Source of the DNA: Lama glama
Lineage: Eukaryota
DNA: 64,000 nt
Direction of reading: 5' to 3'
Assembly: GCA_028534125.1 (NCBI GenBank)
Contig: CM052818.1
Coordinates: 33,108,001-33,172,000 of the forward strand
A program made the translations under genes and the position numbers. This document shows positions 47,311 to 60,407 of this stretch, in pieces (the stretch's first letter is position 1; each line of letters begins with the position of its first letter). The notes below the pieces were generated by a model that was not told the origin of the DNA, ran no database searches, and saw nothing but the letters and a program-made list of their open reading frames with translations.

Positions 47311-49274
47311 GGTGGGGCTGCACTGCCAGCCCTGGAAAGCAGGGAGCATGTCCTCTTCTTGGTGACCCCACAGGCCTGCCCACATAGAGCACTCAGCGAG
47401 GACTTTGTAGCTGTAATTAAGGTAACTACTGACGGTTGCCGCTTTGCAAGAGCAGTTAAAGCATGTCGCTTACACGCTGTTCAAGATGGTGAGAGTGCAA
47501 CCCCAGAAAGCTGGCAAATGCAGTGTTTAGGCTCTAAAGAAGGAAAGTGTAAAACATTCATCTGTCCTCAAACTTCAACCTGGGCCAACTGTTACTGAGA
47601 AGGGTAAAGCACCCTCCTCCACCCTCATCCTGATCACATGGTCTTGCCACCTCCTCTGAGCCTTGGGACCTCAAAGTCCTTGCCACAATCGTCCTTATGG
47701 GAAGGGGGGCGCTTGGGATGAGGCAGAAGGAGCCCAGGACCTAGAGGGAGGCTGGCGGGGCTGAAGAAGCCTGAGCTTTGTCTCCCCGCAGCGAGTAGGG
47801 GCGGCAAGCCCACCCTGATGTGACACTCGCGCCAGACGTGTGGGAAGGACCTTTGTCAATGGCTGCTGCCACCCAGATGTGAAAACCGTTCATCCTTTCC
47901 CTACGTTTCACCTGCTGCTGTGTCCCCAGCAATACAGGCGTTTGCTAGAGGGGAGCCTGGTGGCCCCTCTTCAGAGGGTCAGATATTGACAGGCTGCTGC
48001 CAACCTCTGCTGCATTTGCTTTCCTGCCTGAAGCGCACTGTGGAGCGTGACCCACCCCAGCACCACTGGGTGGGGTGGCACCCCTGTCCCAAGTCACAGG
48101 TGAGGACACTAAGGGGAGAGGCTGTTGGCTCCCCAACATGCGCCCGATGACTGAGCAGGGCTGCTGCTGCTGCTGGAAACGGCCCTGGCATCGGGGCAGG
48201 GAGAGCTCCCCCCACCTCTCTCCTCAGACCCCGAGTCACGCTGGGCACATCTCATGAGGCAAATCTCATCAGCTCAGTTTTAGCTTGGAAACCTCTTGGG
48301 GGAGAGGCTGCATCAGTACAAGCTCCTTAGACCGAAAGGTCTCAGCAGGAGGGAGCAAGCTTTAGAGCAAGCTCTTTCCCGCTTCAGAAAGTTCTGAAGT
48401 TTCCTGCTCTGTCCTGGGCTTCCCCCGCCAGGGCCAAGTGCATGACGCCAAGGGGAAGCAGCGCAGAGAAGGGCTATTTAAAGGCACGATGCTCCCAGCT
48501 GTTGTCAGTGAGCGCCTCTCAACGCGGGTCCTCACGAAGTCAGTTCAGGGAAGGGAGGAAGCAGGGGAAAATGACAACTGGCTCCCATCCATTTATAGAT
48601 TTTTTTTTAAGTGCTGTTTTCATTTATTTCAGTTTTCAGAGAAAATGGAGAGCCGCCCAGAGTATCTCCCGTGCCAATGGCATTAGTTGTCTGTCACCTT
48701 TAAAAAACACTCTTTGACCCAAAGACAAAGTGTATGGTAAGCTTTAAAATTGTAAGTGTGTTACGGGGGTATGTGGGGGAGAAGGAGGCAGTCTTCTCAT
48801 GTCCCCGATAACTGGCCAAAGGGCCCATGGGGAGAGAGGCCTTGAGTCAGTCAAGCTTCTCATTCTACTCACACTGGAAGGGGAATTATTTTTAGACCAA
48901 ATTAGAGCTAAATATGCCTTAGGACAACATTAGGTTCTGACCCTCTTCATTGCTCTCCGTCCCTCTGCTCAGGGTTTTATATAATCACCACTCAGTCCAA
49001 TCCCAGAGTCTCAGGTTAGGAGAATAAAACTTAAAGAACTGACCCCAGGCCAAGGCTGGGTAGGTTTTCTGTGAATTCTCAGCAGGACCGGCTCCTGGCC
49101 TCAGCGCACAGGCACGGCCGTGGGTGGATGAGACAGACCCCTCGGATCAGGAATCAGGGTGCTGGGGGGCACTGCGGGCCTTGGGTCCAGGGGTAAATCT
49201 CTTCCCCTCTCTGGGCACAGATCCCTTGTCTACAAAGCAGGAGCTGTGCCAGATGACCTCCGAGGCCCTGCAGG

Positions 49275-49510
49275 CTGGAGGCTGTGGAGCACGGGGCTCG
49301 GAGTCAGCCACACCTGGGCTCAAGGCCTGGCCCGCTCCTCATGGGCTGTATCATCGAGGCAAGGGACTCACCTCTTCAGCTTGGATTTCTTCAGCTATAA
49401 AAGGGGAACCATAATGCCTCCACCAAAGGGTGGTCCTCATGAGGATGAAATGAGATGGTCCAACTAAGCACATGGCCGTGTGCCTGGCAAACCAGATGAT
49501 CAATAGATGT
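49275..49510 (+). mobile_element. MIR SINE (near full length)
   Basis: gagcacggggctcggagtcag...cctgggctcaa...tataaaagggga...gaggatgaaatgagat...gtgcctggca. Confidence 0.85.
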
Positions 49511-52500
49511 GATCTGTTACCATGGGGACCCAGCGGGGTCTCAGGGGGAGAGGCCATGGGAACAGCCAGGGCATGAGCGGCTGTAGCAGAGAAAACCCCT
49601 GTGTAGGGAGAGAGGCCCTAAGGTCCTTGCTCTCAGTTCATCCCTTCCCCTGGGCCTTCCTGGATCACTGCTCACTTATCCTATCGAGCTGGCCATTGGA
49701 GGCACAGAGATGGTCAGTCTCAGGACCAGACACCCAGGCCAAGTCGTCAGGACACTGTGCACCTCTTGAAATGCAGCTCAGAGCTGCTGGAGGCATACTC
49801 GTGCTATCTAAGGGTGAGCCCTGCGGTGGGAGGCACCTGCACCCCCGGTTGGCTCCTGCCCCAGCTGCTGGGTGGGGTCCTGTGTGGGCTTGGTTGTGGG
49901 GAGGTCGCAGCTGTGGACTAGAGGCATGCTTAAGAATCACGTGGCTCCGGCTACCCTGGATGGGGGCACCAAAGTTGGCCCAGTCCTCCAACAGACTTTT
50001 TCCTGTCCAGGGCAACATGTATCATAAAGGGGAGGCCGTGGGGCAAATAAAAAGAGCACTAGGCAGTGAGGCGGGAGACACGGGTTCTAGCCCAGGCCCC
50101 GGCTTGGCTTGTCCGGGGGGGGCCCCTCAGCTTCCTCCCCTGTAACAGGAAGATGTATTCCTGCTGATCTCTAGTGCCACCCAGTTATGGTTCTGAGATA
50201 CCCCTGTGACCTTGTTCAAGCCACTTAACCTCTCTGTGTCCTGACTCTTCATCTGTTAAATGAAGGCACCGGCCAAACCCAGACCCCAACACGCCGTAGG
50301 CGGCAGTGCGGTGAGGCGGTGGTTGGCGTCACCTGGATGCTTTCTCACAAACATGGCAGAGCTCCGAGCAGGTGTTCAGAGGCACCTCGAGCAGTTCGTG
50401 AGAGAGAAGGAAGGCCTGTTCCTCCCAGCCAGGGCCCTGTCCTCCCACCGAGAGGAGGTCCAGAGTCAGGGAGCTCATTCTACGTTGTCAGGGGACATAA
50501 TGCCTGGAAAGTTCAATCATCAATGTGTTCTGGGGAAGGGACTCCGGGAGCACTAAAGAGAGCTGTGGCAGGGCACCGTCAGGGAAACCCTCAGAGGCCT
50601 CGAGATGAAGGCAGTGAGGAGCCTTTGTTCAACAAGTCTCATCAAAAGGGTTTTCTCCTCCTGGAATTATAGGTCTTTATTCATCCAACAGACCTTCTCA
50701 AAAGGACAAAAATCCATGAAATCAGCATCCCAACCTCTGAATCAGTACAGCTTTAAGAAAATGAAAACAAAAACAGAGAATAAAAAGCCCAAAGAGGTTG
50801 GAGACCGGAAAAGGAAGGAAACACATAGAGCAGAAGAAACATTGCGCAGGGGGTGTTCACAACCCCATCGAGGTGGCAGGAGTCACGGTCCTGTTTTGCA
50901 GGTGAGAAGACAGAAGCTTGGCGAGTTTAGTTGAGACACCTGCCCAGGGTCACCCTGTCCCCCGCGCCTCTGGAGCACATCCTCCTGCTAGAGCAGGACC
51001 TCACGTTGGGGACCCTGTGGTCTTGCTGCCTTAGCCTCATTTACTTGGGACCTTTTATTCTTCAAGAGCCTAAACAATCGTCCTCTTCCATTACAGGACT
51101 CTGTAGCCCTCTCTGGAATTCCAAAATGCTTTTCTTTGGGCAAGCATCAGATAAGCCTTCTGATATTTGCTTGAGTCGGGCTAGTGTGGTGAGGAGGGTG
51201 AGGCAGGGTGGCAGAAGTGGTTCAGGGACATGACCCTCATTGTCAGGAAATCAGGGACATACAAATCAAGTCAGAATTCATTTTGGCACACAGAGGCAAG
51301 TTCCCAAACATCTAAGGCTCGTTTCTTTTTCCAGTCATCTTCTGCAGCTGTGACTTCAACTGGCACATGTTTTTAATCAGTCATATGCAAACCAACTATG
51401 GTCTGAAAATCAAAGCAGTCCTGTAAATAGTGTAAGACAAGTCCCACTAATCATCCTTGTGGTCTTGCCTTGTCCTCATTGTCCTGAACGGCCACTGTAC
51501 ACACTGACTCATTTGGGGTTACTCTCCTCGTGTCTAAGGGGTCATCCTTGTAATAGAATCCTCTACAAAGAGAGATTCTGCTTCAGGGCCCTTCACCCCA
51601 CACCCACCCAAGGCCCCCGTGAAGACTGCCCATCCGCCTCCGGGGGCCCTGGTGAGCAAGTGCCTGGCATGATGGGAGCCTGTTTTGTCGCTGTGCCCTG
51701 GGCAATGCCAGCCTGGCTCACTGCTGTGGGCTTTAGGAACAAACAAGTGGTTGTAACCAGTTCGCACACACAGTCTCCCTAAATGGGCCAACCCTCCAGT
51801 AGGCCTGCTTCGTTTTTAGGGGTTCCAAGCTCATAAAACAAGGAAACTAACACTTGAGATGCAAAGGCTTGATATCATCCTGAGAACATGGTATCCCATG
51901 CTCACAGCCTCAGGCAGACGTCCTCGCCCTCAGCTGGAACCGGTCTCCCCTCTGCCGGTTCCGGGGCGCATCGGGCCTCCAGCCTCAGGCCTGGTCGCGG
52001 TCTGCCTGGAGTTGGAGATGTTTAGATTGGTGTCTAGACTCTGTCTTATGTAGCTCGGGCTCCTTGCCCGTGAGAAGGCTGGGACTGCAGTCTCAGTATG
52101 TGTCGAATTAAATAAAATGCTGTTTTAGGAAGACTTCAACAAACAACTGACTGGGATCCATTTCGAGACATCAAAGTATTGGGATGAAATCTGGCTCCTT
52201 CTAAATCACAGGGTACTTTCCAATGCGTACTAGAACGAAAAAAATTACCTAGCGGTTCTCTCTCCTTCTGAGACTCTCCAATGAGGCCTTCTGGAGCCTG
52301 GCCAGTTCCTCTGGGGCTAGAGCAGCTTGCAGCCAGCTTCTGCAACTGCAAGGCCAAGAGCGTGGGGGTGGGGGTAGGGGTGGGCTGCAGGCCTCTGCTC
52401 CCCTGGCATCCCTTGGTGCGGTGTCTGAGAAGGGGAGGAGGCCGGGAGAGGGCCAGCTGGTCAAATGAAGGGGAGGGACGGGGCAGCCTGCATGGGCCTG

Positions 52501-52579
52501 AGCCTCTCGCGGCCACAGAGCTGCCTTCCTGCCCTGGGCTCCTGCCTGTTTCATGCATCTGTCACAGTCCAGCAACTCT

Positions 52580-52978
52580 CCCACACCCCACTAGATCACA
52601 AGACCTGTCATACTTATCCATCTTTGGATCCCAGGTCTGAGTCTAGTGCCCAGCACACAGCAGCTCAAAACATATTTCTCAAACGAATATAAACACCTGG
52701 CTTATTTAAAGATGTACTTTAGAATGATAACATTTTATAATAGCAAGAAACCTCATAGGTCATACTGTCCCATCATTACAGGGAAGGGAAAACTAAGGGC
52801 CGCAGAAATTGATGGTCCCTCTCATATGGCACAGGCCTTCTCTGTAAGGCCCTTGAGGGCAGGATTGGAGATGGTTTATCCTTAGTGCCATATGGTGCTC
52901 ACCTCCCTTAGGGCCTCACAGCAGGTGAATGTCTCTTTGGTGCATGAATGAATGAATGAATGAGTGGATGAATGAATG
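52580..52978 (+). mobile_element. Two L2 3' ends with a short MIR fragment between; (TGAA)n tail at 52945-52977
   Basis: tagtgcccagcacacagcagctcaaaacatattt; ctgtaaggcccttgagggcagga...tgaatgaatgaatgaatga. Confidence 0.7.
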
Positions 52979-54523
52979 GCTGACCCAAGGGGCAGCCCTG
53001 AGGCCCCAGAGCTAGAAGGCAGAATCTGACAAGTCCTCACTCTCCTTGCCCTGATGCTCTTTCCATCATAACCTGCCTGATAAGAGGCTGGGAGGATGAG
53101 GTGGCAGTATGGCCACTGAGAAAGGCAAGGCTGCCCCCACCCCGACCTTGGGAAGGTCAGCTGAGATGATGCGGTGCACTTGGCTGGGCTATGGGGAAGA
53201 CAGATGTGTTGGGGGCTGAGGAATGTGGTGCTGCCTGAAACCTGGGACCCTGGAGCAGAGCTATCACCCCACGTCTTCCTCGTCTCCCGCTCTGCGCCTG
53301 CTGGCATGTCTAGACGGCAGGTGCCTTGGCAATGGGCATCTCAAGTTCTCTGCTAGCTCTGCCCAGGGCTGCTAGGGCAGGAGCTCAGCACTGGCTTTGC
53401 CTGCAGCCGTGAGGATGCCCATGGAGGGTGCAGGGATCTCTCTGCAGGCTCAGTCGGGAAGAGGGCTACACGTGCAGCTCACCTGCGCTGGACTGCTGGG
53501 GAGAAGCCGGCCGCCTGTCTGATGGCGGTGAGTCACTGCCAAGATCACAGATTACCCTCCCCTGCTTAGTCAGCAAAAGGGGAAAAACCAAAGGATGATC
53601 CTCAAAGAGGAAGTGCTCGGGGTCCTAGCCGAGTTGACCACGCGGAGTCCAGGTCACACCCCAGTGGGGATCGTGCTTCCAGCCTTCCATTCCACATCGC
53701 CAGACATCGGCCTCCCCAGGAAAGCACCAGACCCGCAAAGGACTGACAGAACAATTAGGAGCTCAACTCTTTGCAGCATAAACCAATCTTCTCCTCCGCA
53801 GAGAGTCTCTCTGGGGCTTTTAACTGTTGCCTGCCTGGTTGTGAATCTGGTTTCTCCCACGAGACTCCCAGCACCGATGTCTCCCACAGCTGCTTGGGCC
53901 CCTGCCTGTTGCCTTTTGAGCACACCGTCTGGTTACACCAGCTCTCTGGGTGTTTGCCCTCCTAGCTGGATGCTCACAGATTCCCCTCGAAGGTCTGGGG
54001 GAGGGGCAGCAAGGATGGTCACGGTCCCTCTGCTTTTCAAGTCAAATCCCCCTGCCCGGCAGCTGAAATGATACTCACAGATGCCTGCTCTCTGGGCTTA
54101 CAGATGGCAAAGCAGCAATCCCAAAAGAAGAAACTACGGAATGGGTGAGGATGCCCGAAGCCCACCCTGCCTGCTGTGCTGAAGGGGCCATGGCTGTAAA
54201 GGCCTGAAGGTGGGCTCTGCTGGGCTGGGCATGGGGGCGAGTTCCATAGCAGCCTGGCAGGAGGCAGAACTTCTGGCAGGTGGAGGGCCTCAAACACCCC
54301 AGGGAGGATGGAGAGGAGCAGAAGGACTGCTCCCCTGCCCTGCTGGGCTGCGGGGCCCGCTTCACTCTGCACAAGCCTGGGGCCCTGCACACGCTGGCAA
54401 CAGGTAGCTCTGTGACCCCATGTGCCAGTTACAGACAGAGAGGGAGGGAGGGAAGGAAGGCCTGGAGGGAAAGGAGGGACATACATACGATGAGGATAAA
54501 TGATATCCACCCGTGGTATGAAA

Positions 54524-54725
54524 CAGGCTTGTTCAAATGATAGGTGTAATCCATTAGCGGGTTGTGAAATCCACCTAGTGGGGCCCAATCAGCATTAAAA
54601 TAAAATGAAATACAATCAGAGTACATCACATGTGGCAAGGAGAAATATTTTTTTCGCGAAACTTTTGTGGATGTAAAATGAATGTCTTTCTGAGGATTGT
54701 GGTTTAAAAAAAGTCTGGAAGCCAG
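54524..54725 (+). mobile_element. hAT-Charlie MITE (MER112-like)
   Basis: ccattagcgggttgtgaaatc...tagtgggg...atcagagtacatcacatgtgg...gcgaaacttttg...gatgtaaaatg...aaaaaagtctggaagcca. Confidence 0.8.
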
Positions 54726-54837
54726 GAGTATACAGGAAGGGAGGTGCCTGCTACATGCTAGCCGTCTGCTATTTGCTTTCATCTCTACTCTTACGTTCAC
54801 TCCTCCTGAGGGGCCTGCCACCAGGCAGGTATCATTA

Positions 54838-55264
54838 CAGGATCCCCACCACCTGAAAGTAAAGCATCCCTGTGAGACCTTTTGGAAGCTGAAACAGAAT
54901 AAGGCAAAGATGCAGTTACCCTAGGCCGTATCTTGCTAACGGATGCACAAAATAAATCAAGACAAAGCAAAGACGTTCACACACACAGTTCAAAGCTGTG
55001 GTGATGGATGCTGAGATGCTGAGTGTGGTTCCCGGGGAAGGGGCCTGGTGGTGCCACTCTGGTTGCGCGGGATGTGCACTGCCCTTATGAGGGCTCGCTG
55101 CAAAACAAATGCTGAACCATATTTTTGCTTTTTGCCTTTTTAAAAAAAATAAAAGTGAAAATCCTCTTTGGATTTCTTTCGGTTAGTGAAAACAGGCACT
55201 AAGGTAGGTCTTTTGTAAAAGCAAAGTGGCATAAAGCGAACTTTCAAAAAGTGGGGGACACCGC
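54838..55264 (-). mobile_element. Tigger6-family non-autonomous element
   Basis: TA flanks at 54836-54837 and 55265-55266; TIR-like caggatcccc / gggggacaccg; internal cttgctaacggatgcacaaaataaatc, gctgagatgctgagtgtggttcccggggaagg, aaatcctctttggatttctttcggttag. Confidence 0.85.
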
Positions 55265-55269
55265 TATCT

Positions 55270-55390
55270 TTATTTTTGCCAATGAGAAATTTATGAGATT
55301 TCAGAGGTGCAAAGTGGCTTTTCTAAGATCACACAGCTATTTATGATACCAGAGCTGCTTGACTCCAAAGTGCACATTCTTTCCATACCG
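55270..55390 (-). mobile_element. MIR fragment
   Basis: cagaggtgcaaagtggcttttctaagatcacacagcta...tgactccaaag. Confidence 0.7.
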
Positions 55391-55554
55391 CCATGATGTC
55401 CAGTGGAAAAAGTGCAGGCGACCGAGTGTGGAGACTGGCCCTCACCTCTGGCTCTGCTGCATGACACTGAGTCACTCCTCTGCTTCCTCATCCAGACAAT
55501 GTGAGTGTGACAGAGAGGTGATTTCTAATTGATTTGGGGATCCTCCTTCTCTCA

Positions 55555-55676
55555 AACATTTGCTGGTGTTTGGCAAATTCAAACTTCGCTTTTTGGAACT
55601 TTCTGGAACTATTTTTCTTCGAATATTTTTGGAATAATTTCTGGATGTGGACCTCACAGACATGGAGGGCTGACTG
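55555..55676 (-). mobile_element. Tigger-family (MER2-type) MITE fragment
   Basis: ggcaaattcaaacttcgctttttggaactttctgga...gaatatttt...ggagggctgactg followed by TA. Confidence 0.75.
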
Positions 55677-56237
55677 TACTATTATCCATGGTTATTATTA
55701 CTGCTTTGGTATCAATCCAACCACTTTGGCCAGACAGTTTCCTAAGTGGAAGCAGTAATTTAATAAATGACCTCTCCCAGCACTTTGCTAAAGGGGTTCC
55801 CTCAAGAGCCTTAATTGGCATCATCAGAGGCACTGCCGGTCTGAGGTTGCTACACATCTCCCTTTTGTCTCCAGATCCGACTTAGGACCCCACGAACGTA
55901 GAGGCCAGCATCCATCCTTCAGATCAGCAGAGAACCGAACATTCACTCACTCATGGAGAGCTCTGCGCTAGTCCAGGGCTGCTCCCTGCAGGAGTCAACG
56001 CATGCATCTGAACAAGGCCTGGCCCCAGGGGACACACAGCACTGCTGCGTGCTAAGCCTGGTGGGAGCTGGGTGGCTTCTCTTTTACCGGCAGGCGCCAA
56101 GCCCTCCTCCGCCGGCTCCTTCTTCCTGCTTTTGCTCTCGAACACCCAGAGCAAACTTTCAGCCTGGAGTTGGCTTTTTGTTTCTGCTCAGAGCTATGCC
56201 AGGGCATCATCCAGCAGGCCAGACGTCTAGCACTTTT

Positions 56238-56378
56238 AATAACAATAATAATAATTTGCATTCATATAAGGTCTTTCCTCGGGGAATCTTCAAGAGTTTC
56301 ACAAACAATAATTAATTCCCCGTGGCAATTCTGGGAGCCAGCTAAGTAGGAGTCTCTGCTTTGCAGATAAAGGGTACT
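56238..56378 (-). mobile_element. CORE-SINE (MIR1_Amn/MIR3-like)
   Basis: aataataataatttgcattcatataaggtctttcctcggggaatcttcaagagtttcacaaacaataattaattcc...ctttgcagata. Confidence 0.7.
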
Positions 56379-57039
56379 TTCCTGAACCATGTAACATTTT
56401 GGGGGCCTCCCTGTCTACCCCAAATCTAGCTACCCTCAAGGCTTGGCACAAGCATCAGGCCCTCCACAGAGCCTGCAGCACGTCCAACCATAATGTTCTT
56501 CCTTCTCCTGAACTGGAATTTGTCCCCTGGGAACCCCCACCGTGGGGCCTACTTTTGCCTTCCGGGACAAAACGATCCCACCTTAACTGTCTGGGGCTGC
56601 TGCATGATGTCTTTGGTGGACATGTTGTCTACTTCTGTGGTTATCCTTGGGCAGAGCTTGCTGGCTCACACTCACCAAGGTTCAGTGAGGCCCGGGGAAC
56701 TGGGATGGTGGGGGGAGCTGAGGCCTCTGCCACATGCTCTGAGCTCCCCCCAGCCCCCGCCAGGCTGCCTTCCTGGGCAGGAGTTCCCGGGTGTTGCTGG
56801 CTCTGGAGCCCTGGGTCAGCCCATCTTTAAGTGCAGCTCTTTAGATATCTCCCCCCACTGGTGGAGACATCAGAGGCTTCCTCTGTTCATTTCTGGGGGC
56901 TGCACCCCAGTGACCCAGAAATATCCTCACTTTCTGTTGAATGAATGTCAATGAATGAAAACCCTTCTTTCCTAAATCCATTCTTAAGTCTAGGCAATAA
57001 CTGTCAATTGCAAGGCCTGGTTTTTGGAGACCAAGAGAC

Positions 57040-57135
57040 AATAAACTCTTTAGTTCTTTTTTTTCTTAAAAAAATTATAAATCAATAAAAAATGTTAAAA
57101 AAAAAGAAAGCAAGATTAAAAAAAATTTTTTTTAA
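57040..57135. repeat. A/T-rich low-complexity tract
   Basis: Poly-A and poly-T runs, including a 20-bp palindrome at 57116-57135. Confidence 0.85.
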
Positions 57136-57709
57136 CCCTTCTTTATCAGACTACATACTTGGTGCTAAACTTGAGGAAAGGATGCACTGACTGCTGAGCT
57201 AGAAACCAGCACGAGGGAGAGAGCTCCACGATCCTCCTCCTCTCCCAGGAGTTAGAGGGACGGGAGACCTCAGCACTGGGTCAGGCAGACGGGCGAATAG
57301 AATCATTTTCTAAGTTTATTTCAAAAAGCTAGATCTTCTGGGGAAAGCAGCAACTCCCCTGAGTGATTTCTGGGTCCTTGCTGGTAGCTTTATGCCTGAA
57401 AAGACATCCACCCTCCTCTGCCAAGAGTACATTTTTTGAGTGAGATTTTTCTCACAGTGGCTTAGCATGGAAGGAATTTCGAGCATCCCTCAAAAGCTCT
57501 TGTTTTCCTAAAACCTGCACCCTGGTGAACATGACCATTGGTTTGTGGTGACAGAGCCTCATTTTACTCTGATTTCACACGATTCCCACTTCCTGAGCTA
57601 GAGTTAGGGGTGATCATCTTTGGCTTGGACTTGCCCTGGCTCATTGATCTGGAGGATGCCTGGAAGAAGAAAAGAGGGCTAGAGAGGGAATCTGCTGGTG
57701 TCATGCTGA

Positions 57710-57890
57710 GGCGAGGAGAACGTTTGGAATCAGAACTGAATTCAGACATGGATCTGTCACTTAGTGCCTGTGTGTCTCAGGGAAATTCTATTTAACCTCC
57801 CTGAGTCTCTGCGTATTTCTCTCTGATGGTTCTACATGACTTGTGTGGTGGTTATGTGACAAAGGTGCCAGGCACACGGTAAGAATTCGA
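57710..57890 (+). mobile_element. MIR SINE
   Basis: tttggaatcagaactgaattc...tctgtcacttag...tttaacctccctgagtctc...gtgccaggcacacggtaa. Confidence 0.7.
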
Positions 57891-58094
57891 ACCAGAGTAG
57901 CTCCCCTCCACCCCGCCCCCCACCCCGCATCACATGGCTACGCGCACACACTGAGGAACCCCCGTGTCACTTTAATTTAATACACATTCGCTGAATAGCT
58001 CCTGGTTACAAGAAGGTCTAGAATACCCGGGACATGGCCTAAAAGCACCAGCACTTAGTAGGCTTCAGTAGTTGCTGAATGAGTAAATGAACTT

Positions 58095-58285
58095 ACTTGG
58101 TACTTGGTATTTTACAGTTTACAATATGCTTTTAAAATAATCTCATTTTAATCCAAGCAACAGTCATGTGTAAGAAACATTACTCTATTCCCACCATACA
58201 TGTAAAGAAACAGGCTTGGAGAGAGCAAGTAACCCACCCAAGGTCAGGTGCATGGTGAAGGCAGAGTGGGATCAGATCTGAGCCA
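58095..58285 (-). mobile_element. MIR SINE
   Basis: tttacagtttacaatatgctttt...atctcattttaatcc...agaaacaggcttggagag...cccaaggtca. Confidence 0.8.
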
Positions 58286-59764
58286 GTGCCCTGCGATGGC
58301 ACGCTGCCAGCCCTGGAGGACCTTTGGTGCCTTGTGCGGCTTTGTAGCAGACTTGGAGCAGGAAGAGCATGGTTCTGGGGCACCCATGTTCCGCTAGAGG
58401 GGCCCTATTGAGCACTGCTCCCCATCTCACATCTGGCTAGAGTATCTGCAGCTAAAAGTGAGGGACCTCATCATGAGTGTGGTGATCGGCAATGCAAAAA
58501 TTTTAAATTGGAAACATTTGCTAACTGGGGAGCTCTGGTCCCAAGCTAGTGTGCAGGGCTATTCCTCAAGGTCAGTTTTACTGGAGCCTCCACCACCCTC
58601 CCCGCAGGGTGCAGTGGCGCTGATGCCCACACTCTGCCCTTTCTTCCCCAATCACATCTTTTTACGGCACCGAGAGAAGTGCTCTTGTCCACAGGACCCT
58701 AACTGTTCCTTAGCATAGCACTCTGCACAATTTAGGGGCTCAGAACAGCGACAAAATACCTTCCTCTTTGTTCCCAGCGGCCTTTTAGAACAAAGAAAGT
58801 GGACAGGAAGTAGACACTGAGTCCTTGATACTCTGGGCTCCCAGCCTCTCTCTCTTCTCAGTCCTCTAGCCCCTGAGCTGCTGGGAACCGCTAGTAGATG
58901 CAGAATGAAAGGGTAGGTTCGGAATCTTGCAAAATTCGCCCACATGGCTGGCCCCAGTACAATTTCCAGTGTGAGTGGAGAGGTAGAAATCAGATCTGAC
59001 CACAAAGCTGTCGCACCCGTGGAGAGAGTTCATAATAGCCTTCTCAAAACTGCTCTGACAACACACCCTGCAGAGGAGGGTGGTCCTGGCGGAATGTCGT
59101 CACTGCACCACTGGGCGACGCATAACCCAGTGCCTGCGGAGTGAGGTCAGTCTCCACCACCGTGAGCCCGTCTGCTCTGGACTCTTAACACACTTCTTTG
59201 TGCTGCTAGCATATTACCTCTGAGACACAACTGTGTGGAAAATCATGTGTGTTCCGTAAGCTGAGCCAGTTTTAGGTCAGGAGTTGGCAAAGAAGAACCA
59301 GGAGGACGTGGGCTCTCCGAAACAGGCACCTCCATTGGATCCAGGCTCCTGGTGCAGCTGGGGGAGGGCCATGTCTCTGTGCCCCCAGCCACGGGGGGCA
59401 CCCAGCTCCCAGCCTTAAGGCTCTGAACCACCCTGCTCTCCAGCAGTGCAGAGGGGACAGGTCTTAATGGGTGTGTGGGGGGCCAGCCTGGGCTAATGTA
59501 GCCTCCAAAACCAAGGCCAAGGAGAATTAACCTGTTGTTGGCCAGCAAGGCCTTGTGAGAGGACCTCCCTGGACTTCTAAGCTGCCAGGTAGCAGGAGCA
59601 GCTGCTACACCAGGGAATGTGGCATCTGCCCTGCACAATGGTGTCTGGCCAAGGGAGCAATTGGGGGCCACAATCCAGCCCCTGCTCACTTGCTAAGCTG
59701 TGTGCTTATCTAGAGCTAGATGCCTCACGAAAGGGGCAGGTTTTCCTCACCCAAAGCTATTAGC

Positions 59765-59833
59765 CAAGTCTGCACCAACCCAAAGGGGCACCTTTCTCTT
59801 TATAAAGGTTCTTTATAGGCTAGGGTGGCCCTG
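59765..59833 (+). mobile_element. hAT-Tip100 (MER91-like) terminal fragment
   Basis: aaggggcacctttctct...aaagg...tataggctagggtggccctg. Confidence 0.45.
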
Positions 59834-60407
59834 ACCAGAGGATCATGCAGTTCTGTGCTTTGGATCCCCTATTATGCACTGGGAACATGGGTACGGGATT
59901 GCACTGGGATGCAAATTTTATGTTGGAATCTTGTTTGTACTGTCATTGGGGAATAAGGTGAAAAAGATTAGTTCTTTTCTAGTCTCTGCATTTTTCAAAG
60001 CATCTTCCTATTTTTTTCTCACCACAGTCACCAACTTACCCAGCCACTTTGAGCTACTCCTGCCCCATCTCACTGCTCGGACTCAGAGACGAAGGCAAAC
60101 ACAGACAGCAGGTGGGTGGGTCTGGGCAGCCACGCAGGTTCTCAAGGCAGCATTTGGCTCCCTTTCCTGTGTAGCTATCAAGCAGATGAATCAGCGTTCT
60201 CTTCCGTGTGGGTACAAACGGGTGTCCCACCTTGAACCATGCCACTGAATAAAGTCAGACTACATAGCTGGGGTGTCTTTTCACCAAAATGGATGGACAC
60301 CAAGGATGCCAGAGACTTTGGGACCAATAAACAAATACAGACATACAGCAAAATAAACTGGAAAAATACAGCAAAATAAACCCCCACCAATTCAGTCCTT
60401 GGGAGTG

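Noticed and set aside
50260-50556. Protein-looking ORF segment MAELRAGVQRHLEQFVREKEG
   Set aside because: No recognised homologue; lies among MIR/L2-like remnants; no good flanking splice sites
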